Assembly (NCBI GenBank): GCA_963695545.1
Contig: OY968796.1
Location: 1,504,001 to 1,568,000 of the forward strand
Reading direction: 5' to 3'
Length of the DNA: 64,000 nucleotides
Origin: Terriglobia bacterium
Lineage (GTDB): Bacteria; Acidobacteriota; Terriglobia; Acidiferrales; UBA7541
The first letter of the stretch is position 1; every line of letters begins with the position of its first letter. The position numbers were made by a program, and so were the translations under genes. Under the pieces are notes generated by a model that was given only the letters and a program-made list of their open reading frames with translations, was not told where the DNA came from and did not search any database. Shown piece by piece: positions 40,556 to 49,505 of the stretch.

Positions 40556-41311
40556 ATGAAGAAATTATTTTCGATCGTGATTTCGCTGGGCCTTCTGGGC
40601 GCGCCGCTTGCCAGTTACGCGCGACCGGACGACGATACCAAGAGCTCCGACCGCCTGAGGATGTGCGGCGAAGTGATGAGCGACGTCATCACCATGCCGG
40701 ATAGCATCCCGCAGAAAATCCTCGACAAGGCCGTTTGTATCGCCGTGATTCCCTCGGTGATCAAGGCTGCCTTCATGGGCGGAGGCCTCTATGGTCGTGG
40801 AGCTATGACCTGCCGGTCCGGCGAAAATTTCACCGGGCCGTGGAGCGCGCCGACGATGATGCGCGTTGAAGGCGGCAGCTTCGGCGCGCAAATCGGCGTG
40901 CAGGCGACAGACTTGGTGCTCCTGATCATGCCCGGGTCAGGCGCCGAATCGATTCTCACCAGCAAGGTGAAGATTGGCGCGGATGCTTCCGCGGCTGCGG
41001 GTCCCGTGGGCCGCAATGCCGAAGCCGATAGCGACGCGTATATGCGCGCTGAGATTCTTTCTTACTCGCGCGCGCGTGGCTTGTTCGCGGGCGTGGCCCT
41101 AGTGGGCTCGACGCTGCGTCAGGACGAAGACGCCAACGAAGAAATCTACGGCAAGAAACTCTCCGCCATTCACATCGTACGCGCCGGAGACATTGCGCCC
41201 ACGCCGGAGGCGCATCAACTGCTTGAGGTGCTCAATAAGTACGCGCCGTCACCGGTACCTGCGCCACTGGCAGCTCCGCCGGCGCAGGCGACGCCACCGC
41301 CGTCCAATTAA
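40556..41311 (+). CDS. Exported lipid-binding SYLF/Ysc84-domain protein
   Basis: AAGGAG SD; IP..ILDKA.CIAVIPS..KAAF..GG.YGRG, GGSFGAQIG.QATDLVL, AAAGPVGR, AEILSYSRARGLFAGV. Confidence 0.92.
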   Translation: MKKLFSIVISLGLLGAPLASYARPDDDTKSSDRLRMCGEVMSDVITMPDSIPQKILDKAVCIAVIPSVIKAAFMGGGLYGRGAMTCRSGENFTGPWSAPTMMRVEGGSFGAQIGVQATDLVLLIMPGSGAESILTSKVKIGADASAAAGPVGRNAEADSDAYMRAEILSYSRARGLFAGVALVGSTLRQDEDANEEIYGKKLSAIHIVRAGDIAPTPEAHQLLEVLNKYAPSPVPAPLAAPPAQATPPPSN

Positions 41312-41466
41312 GGTCGCCGTCCGAACCGCGGCGCGATTGGTTTCGAGGCCCGGGCAGGAGTAAGGCCCGGGCCTCGGTTCGTCTCCGCTCGCCGATCGGC
41401 GGCGCGTGGCGCTGCTTCGCTCGCGCATTGCTCGCCAATTGCACAAATTGGTCAGGGAGCCCGCTC

Positions 41467-42117
41467 ATGGCCGCATCCGATCCGTGTCCGATTTGCAAGA
41501 AGCGGCGCCGCGAGAGATTTTGTCCCGCGAAGGGAGAAAAGATCTGCGCGGTTTGCTGCGGCCGGGAGCGCGAAGTCACGCTCGACTGCCCGTCCGATTG
41601 TACTTATCTGATCACGGCGCACCGTCGCGAAGACGAGCACCGCGCTCCGCTCACTGAAGCCGACGCGCCGTTCCCGGACGTCGCGATTTCCGCGGATTTG
41701 ATCGAGAACCAGCGCCCGCTGCTGTCGGTTTTTGTGGGCGCGCTGCTCGGGGCGGCGGACGAGCATCGCGAATTGGTGGACGCGGATGCGCTGGCCGCGC
41801 TTGCGGCGCTGGCTGAAACCTACCGAACGCTCGGCGCGGGCTTGTACTACGAGAAGCCGCCCGTGGCGCCGATCGCGCAAGCCCTATACGGCACGCTGAT
41901 GAAATTTCTCGAAGAGTGGAAGCAGCCGGAGCGTCGCGCCGGAGCGCCGGCGTCGAGAGATACCGACATTTTCAAACTGCTGGTGTTCCTCACGCGCGTG
42001 GGCCGCAGCCGGTCAAACGGCAGACCGAAGACGCGGGGCTACCTCGAATTTCTTCGCGCGCAATTCCCTCGCGCCGCGCCGGCGCGGGCCGAAACTTCGC
42101 GCATTATTCTCCCGTAA
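41467..42117 (+). CDS. Hypothetical protein with an N-terminal 8-Cys putative metal-binding domain
   Basis: CPIC...RFCPA....ICAVCCG..RE..LDCPSDC.YL. Confidence 0.7.
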   Translation: MAASDPCPICKKRRRERFCPAKGEKICAVCCGREREVTLDCPSDCTYLITAHRREDEHRAPLTEADAPFPDVAISADLIENQRPLLSVFVGALLGAADEHRELVDADALAALAALAETYRTLGAGLYYEKPPVAPIAQALYGTLMKFLEEWKQPERRAGAPASRDTDIFKLLVFLTRVGRSRSNGRPKTRGYLEFLRAQFPRAAPARAETSRIILP

Positions 42118-42164
42118 GCGCACCGAGCGAATCTTCGGCGGGAATTTCAAAGCGCCGCGACGCG

Positions 42165-43271
42165 TTAGAAAAGCCTCCGCTCCGCCGGAGCGCGTTCGGC
42201 GCGGTCGGGGCGCGAGACGAATCCATATTTTCGCCGAATCGCGGCGACTCGCGCCGAAAGTTGCGTGCGATATTCTTCCGGCGCGTAGGCATTGTGCGCG
42301 TACCACGCGCGATAGCGGCGCGCGAGTTTGGGCCAGCGCTTTTCGAGAAACGGGAAGAACTGTTTCTGCGCGGACGGCATCAGAAAAACGGCGTTCGCCG
42401 CAAACCATTGCGCGCCGGCTTCGGCTGCGGCGCGCGCCAGCGCATCGAGATCGCCTTCTCGGTCGGTCAATCCGGGCAGCACCGGCATCGCCAGCACTCC
42501 CGCGGACAATCCCGCATCGCGAAGTTTGCGCACGGCGGCCAATCGCAAATCGGGGCGCGGCGCGCGCGGCTCGAGCAAACGCGCAAGTCGCGGCCGCAGC
42601 GTCGTGATGCTCAGATTGATCGAGATCGATGAGCGCGCGGCGATCTCACGCAGCAGATCGATATCCGTTGTGACGCGATCGGATTTCGTGGTGATCGAAA
42701 CGCTCAAGCCCTCGCGCCGCGCCATGCGCTCCAGAATCGCGCGCGTGTTGTGGAACTCACCCTCGGCCGGCTGATAGGGATCGGTGGCGCTGCCGATGCA
42801 GATGTGCTCGCCGGAGACGTCCTCTTCGGCCAGATCGCGCCCGGCCAGCCAACCCGCGTGTTCCTTGACGTAAATCTTGCGCTCGAAATCGGCGCTGTCC
42901 AGCTCCATATATTCGTGCGTGTACCGCGCATAGCAGTAAACGCAGCCGAATTCGCATCCGCGATACGGATTCACGGTCCAGCCGAAGGGCACGCGCTCGG
43001 AATCGCAGCGATTCAAAATCGATTTCACGGGCAACAGAAAATATTCCGTGCCGCGCTTGGCGGCACTCAAAGGGGAGGAAGCGGCGAGGCGGGCAATGCC
43101 GGCGTTTGGAGCCGGCAATTCGAGTGTTCCGCTGGAATCGCGGTTGGCCTGACTGTCTGTGTCCCCGTGGCTGGGGACGATGGGGAATAAGGAGGGAGTG
43201 GGTTGGCCCGCACCACGCCGGAAAGCCCGAGGGCTTGCCTGCGTCGTGTGAGCCGTGGGAGCAGTGGCCAT
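42165..43271 (-). CDS. Radical SAM protein, SplB-like (PA0069/Rv2578c type), probably DNA repair
   Basis: NPYRGCEFGCVYCYAR (CxxxCxxC), GSATDPYQP.E, ITTKS.....DIDLL, LEPRAP.P..RL, PVLPGLTD. Confidence 0.9.
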   Translation of the reverse strand: MATAPTAHTTQASPRAFRRGAGQPTPSLFPIVPSHGDTDSQANRDSSGTLELPAPNAGIARLAASSPLSAAKRGTEYFLLPVKSILNRCDSERVPFGWTVNPYRGCEFGCVYCYARYTHEYMELDSADFERKIYVKEHAGWLAGRDLAEEDVSGEHICIGSATDPYQPAEGEFHNTRAILERMARREGLSVSITTKSDRVTTDIDLLREIAARSSISINLSITTLRPRLARLLEPRAPRPDLRLAAVRKLRDAGLSAGVLAMPVLPGLTDREGDLDALARAAAEAGAQWFAANAVFLMPSAQKQFFPFLEKRWPKLARRYRAWYAHNAYAPEEYRTQLSARVAAIRRKYGFVSRPDRAERAPAERRLF

Positions 43272-43292
43272 AACCAACCTCGCCGTGGGACC

Positions 43293-43341
43293 ATTATTCG
43301 CTTTTCTTTCGTCTTGTCAAGTAGTTTTCGCTTTTTATTCT
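43293..43341 (-). promoter_or_regulatory. Sigma70 promoter overlapped by two NTTC-N7-NTTC direct-repeat (LexA-like) boxes
   Basis: Minus-strand TTGACA(43320-15)-N16-AATAAT. Plus-strand TTCG-cttttct-TTCG (43297-43311) and TTCG-cttttta-TTCT (43327-43341) flank the -35. Confidence 0.65.
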
Positions 43342-43521
43342 CCGTAAGATAAGCCGCACTCTCTCCGCGACCGGGCCCCGCTGTCGCCCACCGCCCTGAT
43401 AAGCGCTGCTGCATACTGTTGACCCACCCCATTGACCTATAGGCCCCGGCCCGGCACAGACGTCCGCAAGCCCTTGCCTTGTGAGCGCTATACTCGACGT
43501 TCGCTTGCAGAAAGGCCCTTC

Positions 43522-44157
43522 ATGCCCAGCGTCGGCATCCTGATCGTTGACGATGATCGCTCGAGCCAGGCCTCCTTGCGCGAGCTGCTTGGCGCGGAAG
43601 GTTGGCGCGTGGGAATTGTTCCGGTTGCCAGCCAGGCGCTGCCCGAGCTTGCGGGAGGCGATTGGTCCCTGGTGATTGCTAACGTTTCTTTGACCGGCCT
43701 CGAAGGGCCTCTGTTCACGACGCTCAAGGAGCTGGCGCAGGCCGCGCCCCTGGAAAACGGGCACAAGCGCGCCCGCGTGCTGTTTCTGGTGCCGGAGCTG
43801 GCCGGCGCAGTCGCTCAGCCCGTGCTGGAGCGCGAGCACGTGCCGTACGCGCTCAAGCCTTTTCACCTTCACGATTTTCTCGAGAAAGTCAGCGACCTGC
43901 TTCTCGAAACCTCGTCTATCGAAGCCCCCATTCGCAACGTGCGTCCCGATTTCGAGAGGTTCGGCGCGGCGCGCACACTGGGGCGCGTCGAGCGCGAGAA
44001 GGCCGGCTCTCGCAACGCGCCCCGCGCCACGAACATGTTTGCGAAGCGCGAAGATTATCAAATGACCGAGGAAGAAATGATCGAGTACGAAAAGCAGGAA
44101 GCGGCGGAATCGCAGCGCAGGAAGAAAAAGAAGGATCCGAACTCGCGTCTCGGATGA
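43522..44157 (+). CDS. Atypical (pseudo-)receiver domain protein
   Basis: ILIVDDD and LKPF are present, but the phospho-acceptor position reads LVIANV (Asn); charged C-terminal tail. Confidence 0.75.
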   Translation: MPSVGILIVDDDRSSQASLRELLGAEGWRVGIVPVASQALPELAGGDWSLVIANVSLTGLEGPLFTTLKELAQAAPLENGHKRARVLFLVPELAGAVAQPVLEREHVPYALKPFHLHDFLEKVSDLLLETSSIEAPIRNVRPDFERFGAARTLGRVEREKAGSRNAPRATNMFAKREDYQMTEEEMIEYEKQEAAESQRRKKKKDPNSRLG

Positions 44158-44211
44158 GACTGTCTGCGCGCTCCGGCGCCTTTGCCTTGAATTCCCGCCA
44201 TGCTGTTGCCA

Positions 44212-44721
44212 TCAAGCTCCAAGCGTTCGATGTTGCTTCTGATGCTTAAGCTTTGCGGTCTCCGTGCGCATTATCTCGGTGGTTTCGCGGAAGAACTTCG
44301 CAATCGCGGTCAACTCCGCCGAATTGTAGTGGCTTGCTGCTCCAGCCATCGCGCGTCCCAATGACTGAAAGATCGGCGCAATTCGTTCCTTGATCTCGCG
44401 CATGTGCCGCGGTTGCACGATCACGCTGCGCCGATCGCTGGGATGTGGCTCACGCCGCGCGTAGCCGGCGTGCTCCAGGCGATCGACCACACCGGTGATG
44501 GCGCCGGTGGTAAATCCGGATAATTCGGCCAGACGGCTTGCCGTCAAAGGCCCGTGCTGATCCAAGAGCCCGAGACACTTCCACTCCGCCGCGCTGATTC
44601 CCAGGTGGGAAGCAATCGCTTCGTGGAAAAAAACCACGGCATTGCTGAGTTCCCGGCCCATCAGCTCCTGATGAGGCGGGGACGAGGCCGGGGTTGCCGA
44701 GCGCGATTTCTTGTTTGGCAT
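44212..44721 (-). CDS. MarR-family transcriptional regulator
   Basis: GPLTASRLAELSGFTTGAITGVVDRLE.AGY.RR.PHPSDRRSV. Confidence 0.93.
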   Translation of the reverse strand: MPNKKSRSATPASSPPHQELMGRELSNAVVFFHEAIASHLGISAAEWKCLGLLDQHGPLTASRLAELSGFTTGAITGVVDRLEHAGYARREPHPSDRRSVIVQPRHMREIKERIAPIFQSLGRAMAGAASHYNSAELTAIAKFFRETTEIMRTETAKLKHQKQHRTLGA

Positions 44722-44726
44722 ATATC

Positions 44727-44744
44727 TATCTTAGATGTAAGATA
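44727..44744. promoter_or_regulatory. Palindromic operator, probable MarR site
   Basis: TATCTTA-GATG-TAAGATA in the 59-nt gap between divergent marR and membrane-protein genes. Confidence 0.7.
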
Positions 44745-44780
44745 CTTTGCAGCAAGATTATTCTACCAGAAAGCCGAGCC

Positions 44781-45836
44781 ATGCCAAATCGCGAACACTC
44801 CTCACTCATAGCCGTTCCGGGGCGAGAAACATCCCGGTGGCGGCGCATCGGTCCGATCGTCGCCCTGTTGTTGCTCGCGCCGGTTATCGCCGAAGTGCTC
44901 TTTGGATCCACTCGCCTTAGTGTGATCTTGGTTCTGATCCCCGAGATCCTCACGTGGGGCTGCGGCGCTTTGCTGATCCGCGAGTGCGTGCGGCGATGGC
45001 GCAAGGGCTGGCAAAGCATGTTGCTGTTAGGACTGGCCCTGGCCGTGGCCGAGGAGTGGGTGATCCAGCAGACCTCCATTTCGCCACTGGTCAGCCTCGG
45101 CCAACACGGATACGGCCGTGTCTGGGGTGTGAACTGGGTCTATTTCTTGTGGGCGCTAGGTTATGAAAGCGTTTGGGTTGTCCTGGTTCCCGTGCAACTC
45201 GTCGAATTGATTTTCCAAGACAGGCGCGAGGAGTTATGGTTGCGCGCGCGTGGTCTCGTTTTCGTGAGCATGGCTTTCTTACTGGGCGCCTGCATGGCGT
45301 GGTACGGATGGACTCAGCGGGCTCGCGTCAAGATTTTCCACATGCAGCCTTACAGTCCTTCGGCTCTCTGCCTGCTCATCGGACTTGGCTCGATCCTGCT
45401 GCTCATCCTTGCCGCATACGCGTTGCCCTCAGGGCGTCCGCAAGGCGGCGATTCCGCTTCGCGCTCCGCACCGCCTCCGTGGGCAGTGGGAGCAGCCATC
45501 TTCGCGCTCGGCGCGGCGTGGGCCGTGTTCGTCGAGCTCGGATGGGGCGTTGGTTCACTTCCCGGTGCGCCGGTTGGATTCGTTCTGGCAAGTGGAATTG
45601 CATGGGTTGCTCTTACTTTTTTCCTTGTGCGGCGATGGACCTTCAGCGTTGACTGGAACGACGCGCACCGTTTTGCGCTGGTGTTCGGCGCAGTGGTCGC
45701 CTGCGTGCTCGGAGGGTTTGTCGATTACAAAATCGGCGGAGCATTGCGCATCGATTGGATCGGCAAGTTCGTGTTCAATGCGGCCGCGGTAGCGTGGCTC
45801 GTCTGGTTCCGGCGCAACGTAGCGCGACGCACGTGA
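44781..45836 (+). CDS. Hypothetical polytopic membrane protein (MarR-divergent)
   Basis: About 10 hydrophobic segments; LLLAPVIAEVL.GS, WGCGALLIRE, LA.AEE, G.NW.Y. Confidence 0.75.
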   Translation: MPNREHSSLIAVPGRETSRWRRIGPIVALLLLAPVIAEVLFGSTRLSVILVLIPEILTWGCGALLIRECVRRWRKGWQSMLLLGLALAVAEEWVIQQTSISPLVSLGQHGYGRVWGVNWVYFLWALGYESVWVVLVPVQLVELIFQDRREELWLRARGLVFVSMAFLLGACMAWYGWTQRARVKIFHMQPYSPSALCLLIGLGSILLLILAAYALPSGRPQGGDSASRSAPPPWAVGAAIFALGAAWAVFVELGWGVGSLPGAPVGFVLASGIAWVALTFFLVRRWTFSVDWNDAHRFALVFGAVVACVLGGFVDYKIGGALRIDWIGKFVFNAAAVAWLVWFRRNVARRT

Positions 45837-45925
45837 CATAGCCGGTTCTATCTGTCGCTGTGGCGTTTTCCCATACCCTTATCGCGCAATGTCCCACAAT
45901 CCGAAAACCGACTTATGATGTAGGC

Positions 45926-46921
45926 GTGCCAACACTGCTCGATCTGCGACGTCTGACGGTGGAATTGCCGACGCCGGGCGGTTGGGTGCGTCCGGTGAAC
46001 GACGTAAGTCTTGCGCTCGTCGCCGGAGAGACGCTGGGCCTGGTGGGCGAATCCGGCAGCGGGAAGACCATGTTGTCGCTCGCGCTGATGGGTCTTCTGC
46101 CGCGCGGCGCGCGCGTGATGGGACAAGCGTGGTTGGCGGGAAGCAACGGCGATCTCGATGGACGGCGCGAATTGCTAGCGCTCGACTCGGCCGGGCGCGC
46201 CGAGCTGCGAGGCCGATCGCTGGCCATGATTTTTCAGGAGCCGATGACCTCGCTCAATCCCGTGATGCGCGTCGGCGCGCAGGTGGCGGAGGCCGTGCGC
46301 GTGGGCGGCGGAGCAGCATGTCCGCGGCCAGAAGTGGAGCGGCGCGTTCTCGAAGCGTTCGAGCGCGCGCGCATTCCCGATCCCGAAATGCGCGCACGGC
46401 AATTTCCCCATCAGCTCTCGGGCGGATTGCGGCAGCGCGTGATGATCGCCATGGCCGTGGCCAGCGGGCCGCGCCTGCTGATTGCCGACGAGCCGACCAC
46501 CGCGCTCGACGTTACGGTGCAGGAGCAAATCCTTGAATTACTGGCTACGCTGCGGACGGAACTGGGTCTCACGTTGCTGTTCATAACGCACGATCTTGCC
46601 GTGGTCGCGCGAGTGGCGCAGCGCATCGCCGTGCTCTACGCTGGCCGCGTGGTTGAGGTGGGGCCAGTGGATGAAATTCTGGCGCGGCCGCGTCATCCTT
46701 ATACTGAAGGGCTGCTGCGCGCCTCGCCGAGATTGAAACGCGAGCGGCTTGAGCCGATTCCCGGCGCCGTACCGCGTCTTGACGCGTTGCCGGCGGGCTG
46801 CGCGTTTGCGCCGCGCTGTCCGTACGTTCGCGCGGAGTGCGAGCAAGCGGTGCCGCAGCTTCGGCGCGCCGGACCTGATCATTTTGCGCGTTGCATCCTT
46901 GTGGAGGAGGCCGCTTCGTGA
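45926..46921 (+). CDS. Oligopeptide/dipeptide ABC ATPase, OppD/DppD-like
   Basis: [63 protein letters not shown]...C...C tail. Confidence 0.92.
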   Translation: MPTLLDLRRLTVELPTPGGWVRPVNDVSLALVAGETLGLVGESGSGKTMLSLALMGLLPRGARVMGQAWLAGSNGDLDGRRELLALDSAGRAELRGRSLAMIFQEPMTSLNPVMRVGAQVAEAVRVGGGAACPRPEVERRVLEAFERARIPDPEMRARQFPHQLSGGLRQRVMIAMAVASGPRLLIADEPTTALDVTVQEQILELLATLRTELGLTLLFITHDLAVVARVAQRIAVLYAGRVVEVGPVDEILARPRHPYTEGLLRASPRLKRERLEPIPGAVPRLDALPAGCAFAPRCPYVRAECEQAVPQLRRAGPDHFARCILVEEAAS

Positions 46922-47721
46922 CGCGACACGAAAAAGAGCATCTCGAACTGATCCGCGAGCGCTTCACGCGCACCGCCGAAGAGTTCTCAAAATTCGTGGA
47001 GGCGCGCCGCGCGGGCGAAGGCGAGCGGCTCACGCGCATGCTCCTGGCAGGATGGGTGGCGGCCGAAGAAGCGTTCGCGCTCGATGTGGCTTGCGGACCG
47101 GGCACGTTCACGCTCCCTCTCGCGGCGCGCACGCGGAAAACCTGGGGCCTTGATTTCACCGCCGCGATGCTCGAGCAAGCGCGCGCGGGCGCCAAGCGCG
47201 CGGGACGGCGGAACACGGCATTCCTGCATGGCAGTGTTTACGCCCTGCCGTTTCGCGACGCGGCGCTGGACGCCGTGATCTGCGGTTACTGCTTCCACCA
47301 TTTTCAGCAGCCCGATCGCGCCCTGGCCGAGATGTTGCGCGTGACCAAGCCCGGTGGCCGCGTGGGATTGGCGGACCTTGTTGTTCCACTGGGCGGCGAC
47401 GCCAAGCGCCACGACGCGATCGAGCGAGCGCGCGATCCCTCGCACGCCTCCACGCTGACTGCCATCAAATTGCGCGGTCTGTTCGCCACAACCGGATTGC
47501 GTGTGATCGCCGAAGAGCGCTGCGAGAACGTGCGCGCTTTCGAGGAATGGATGCGCGTGGGCGGCCACGAAAAAGAAAGCAACGTTTACGGCGAAGTGGA
47601 AGCATTGATGGAAGCGACGTTGGCCGGCGATGCCGCAGGTTTTCGTCCGCGGCGCAACGAATCGGGCGGGCTCGAATTCGTGCAGACCACGCTGTTCCTG
47701 ATCGCGGAGAAGCCGCGGTGA
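46918..47721 (+). CDS. Class I SAM-dependent methyltransferase
   Basis: ALDVACGPG, GLDFTAAML, LPFRDAALD.V, FHHF..P..ALAEM.RVTKPGGRV, RDPSH. GTGA overlaps on both sides. Confidence 0.88.
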   Translation: MTRHEKEHLELIRERFTRTAEEFSKFVEARRAGEGERLTRMLLAGWVAAEEAFALDVACGPGTFTLPLAARTRKTWGLDFTAAMLEQARAGAKRAGRRNTAFLHGSVYALPFRDAALDAVICGYCFHHFQQPDRALAEMLRVTKPGGRVGLADLVVPLGGDAKRHDAIERARDPSHASTLTAIKLRGLFATTGLRVIAEERCENVRAFEEWMRVGGHEKESNVYGEVEALMEATLAGDAAGFRPRRNESGGLEFVQTTLFLIAEKPR

Positions 47722-48527
47722 GCGCCGCGCCCGGCGCTCCGTTGCTTCAGGCGCGCGATCTGCGCAAAACGTTCGTCGCGCCCGCCGGCGGATTTTCTCG
47801 CGCTGCGCGGCGAATCGTCGCGGTTGACGGCGTCAGCCTGGAGCTCGCTGCCGGCGAAACCCTCGCGATTGTCGGCGAATCCGGCAGCGGGAAAACCACA
47901 CTCGCGCGATTGCTCATGCGCCTCGAAGAGCCGGACGCCGGCGCGATCCAGTTCGATGGCGAAGATTTCCTCGCCGCGCGCGGCACTCGCCTGCGCGCGC
48001 TGCGCCGCGAGATGCAAATGGTTTTTCAGGATCCGTACGCGTCGCTCGATCCGCGGCTTTCGGTCGAAGCGCAGGTCGGCGAACCTCTCGCGATTCATCA
48101 GGCGCAATTGGGCCGCGCCGCGCGCCGCGCGCGCGTTGTTGAAGCGCTCGAAGCCGTGGGCCTGGGCGCCGAAGCGCTCGCGCGCTACCCGCACGAATTT
48201 TCCGGCGGACAGCGGCAGCGCATCGGAATTGCGCGCGCGCTGGTGCTGCGGCCGAAACTCGTGGTGGCTGACGAGCCGGTCTCGGCGCTGGACGTTTCCG
48301 TCGGCGCGCAGATTCTGGCGTTGCTCGCGCAATTGCAGCGCACTTACGCGCTCACTTATCTGATCGTGTCCCACAGCCTGCCGGTTGTTGCGCAGCTTGC
48401 GGCGCGCATCGCCGTGATGCAAGGCGGCCGCGTTGTGGAAACGGGCTCTGCCGAGCAGATTCTCGAGCACCCGGCTCATCCTTATACTCAGGCGCTCGTC
48501 GCCGCCGTGCCCGCGCTTCCGTCCTGA
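47718..48527 (+). CDS. Oligopeptide/dipeptide ABC ATPase, OppF/DppF-like (short C-terminus)
   Basis: [68 protein letters not shown]. Confidence 0.92.
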   Translation: MSAAPGAPLLQARDLRKTFVAPAGGFSRAARRIVAVDGVSLELAAGETLAIVGESGSGKTTLARLLMRLEEPDAGAIQFDGEDFLAARGTRLRALRREMQMVFQDPYASLDPRLSVEAQVGEPLAIHQAQLGRAARRARVVEALEAVGLGAEALARYPHEFSGGQRQRIGIARALVLRPKLVVADEPVSALDVSVGAQILALLAQLQRTYALTYLIVSHSLPVVAQLAARIAVMQGGRVVETGSAEQILEHPAHPYTQALVAAVPALPS

Positions 48528-48642
48528 ACTGTGCGGCAAGCAAGACCATCCGGTGCGGCGCGAGAAAAAGCGAAACTTATTGGCAACGCCTCTCGATAGG
48601 GGCTAGAATCCCCGCCGACTCGCCATACGGAGGAGTCCTCCC

Positions 48643-49392
48643 ATGTCCAGCCCCACCAGCATTCCCGTGCCAGAAGCCCCGGCGGAGATCGGCTCGATCG
48701 GACGTCTCGTCGGCGCGATCGTCAATCCCAAGCCGACGTTTGAGTCTATTGTCCGCCGGCCCGATTGGATTCTTCCCATCATTCTCGGATGCCTGATTTT
48801 CATGGCGGTCGTTGCCGCGTTTACCTATCGCGGTGGTTGGCCGAGTTTTTTTGAAAAGCAGGCCGCGAACAACTCGCGCATGGAGCAGATGACCCCGGAG
48901 GCCCGCGAGTCGTTGATCGAAAAGCAGGAAAAAATTGCGCCGGCATTTGGTTACATCGAGGGCGCAGTCTTGCCTTTTCTGAGCGTGCTCGTAGTTTCCG
49001 GCGTGCTCCTCGGCGCCTTCACGATGACGGGCGGAACCAAGACCACTTTCAAGACGTCGCTGGGAATCGCCGCCTATGCGGGTTTGCCGTGGGTGATCAA
49101 CGGACTGCTTGGCGTCTTAGTTATATTTTTGAAGGATCCTGCCTCGGTAGATTTGCAAAACCTGGTAGCCTCGAATCCGGGCGCGTTCCTCGCGAGCGAT
49201 GCACCGAAATGGCTCGCCGCGCTACTCACTTCCATTGATATCTTTGCAATCTGGAACATCGCTTTGATCGGGCTGGGATTCAGCGTGATCAACCCGAAAA
49301 AACTTTCTTTTGGCAAGGCCTTCGGCACGGTCCTCGTGCTTTGGATGTTTTACGTCGCGGTGAAAGTGGGCGCGATCGCGTTGCTCACTTAA
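48643..49392 (+). CDS. Yip1-family membrane protein
   Basis: GAIVNPKPTFESI.RRPDW..P, several TM segments, SN.GAFL, SIDIF.IW; GGAGGAG SD. Confidence 0.8.
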   Translation: MSSPTSIPVPEAPAEIGSIGRLVGAIVNPKPTFESIVRRPDWILPIILGCLIFMAVVAAFTYRGGWPSFFEKQAANNSRMEQMTPEARESLIEKQEKIAPAFGYIEGAVLPFLSVLVVSGVLLGAFTMTGGTKTTFKTSLGIAAYAGLPWVINGLLGVLVIFLKDPASVDLQNLVASNPGAFLASDAPKWLAALLTSIDIFAIWNIALIGLGFSVINPKKLSFGKAFGTVLVLWMFYVAVKVGAIALLT

Positions 49393-49505
49393 ATTTCTTT
49401 CGCCGGCGATGCGCACGATCCTGCGCGGCCCGCGATTTTGCGAACAAGTTCCTTCGACTCCGCGCTCCGCTTAGAGCCTGCCGGCACTCTGATAAACTCC
49501 ATTGC

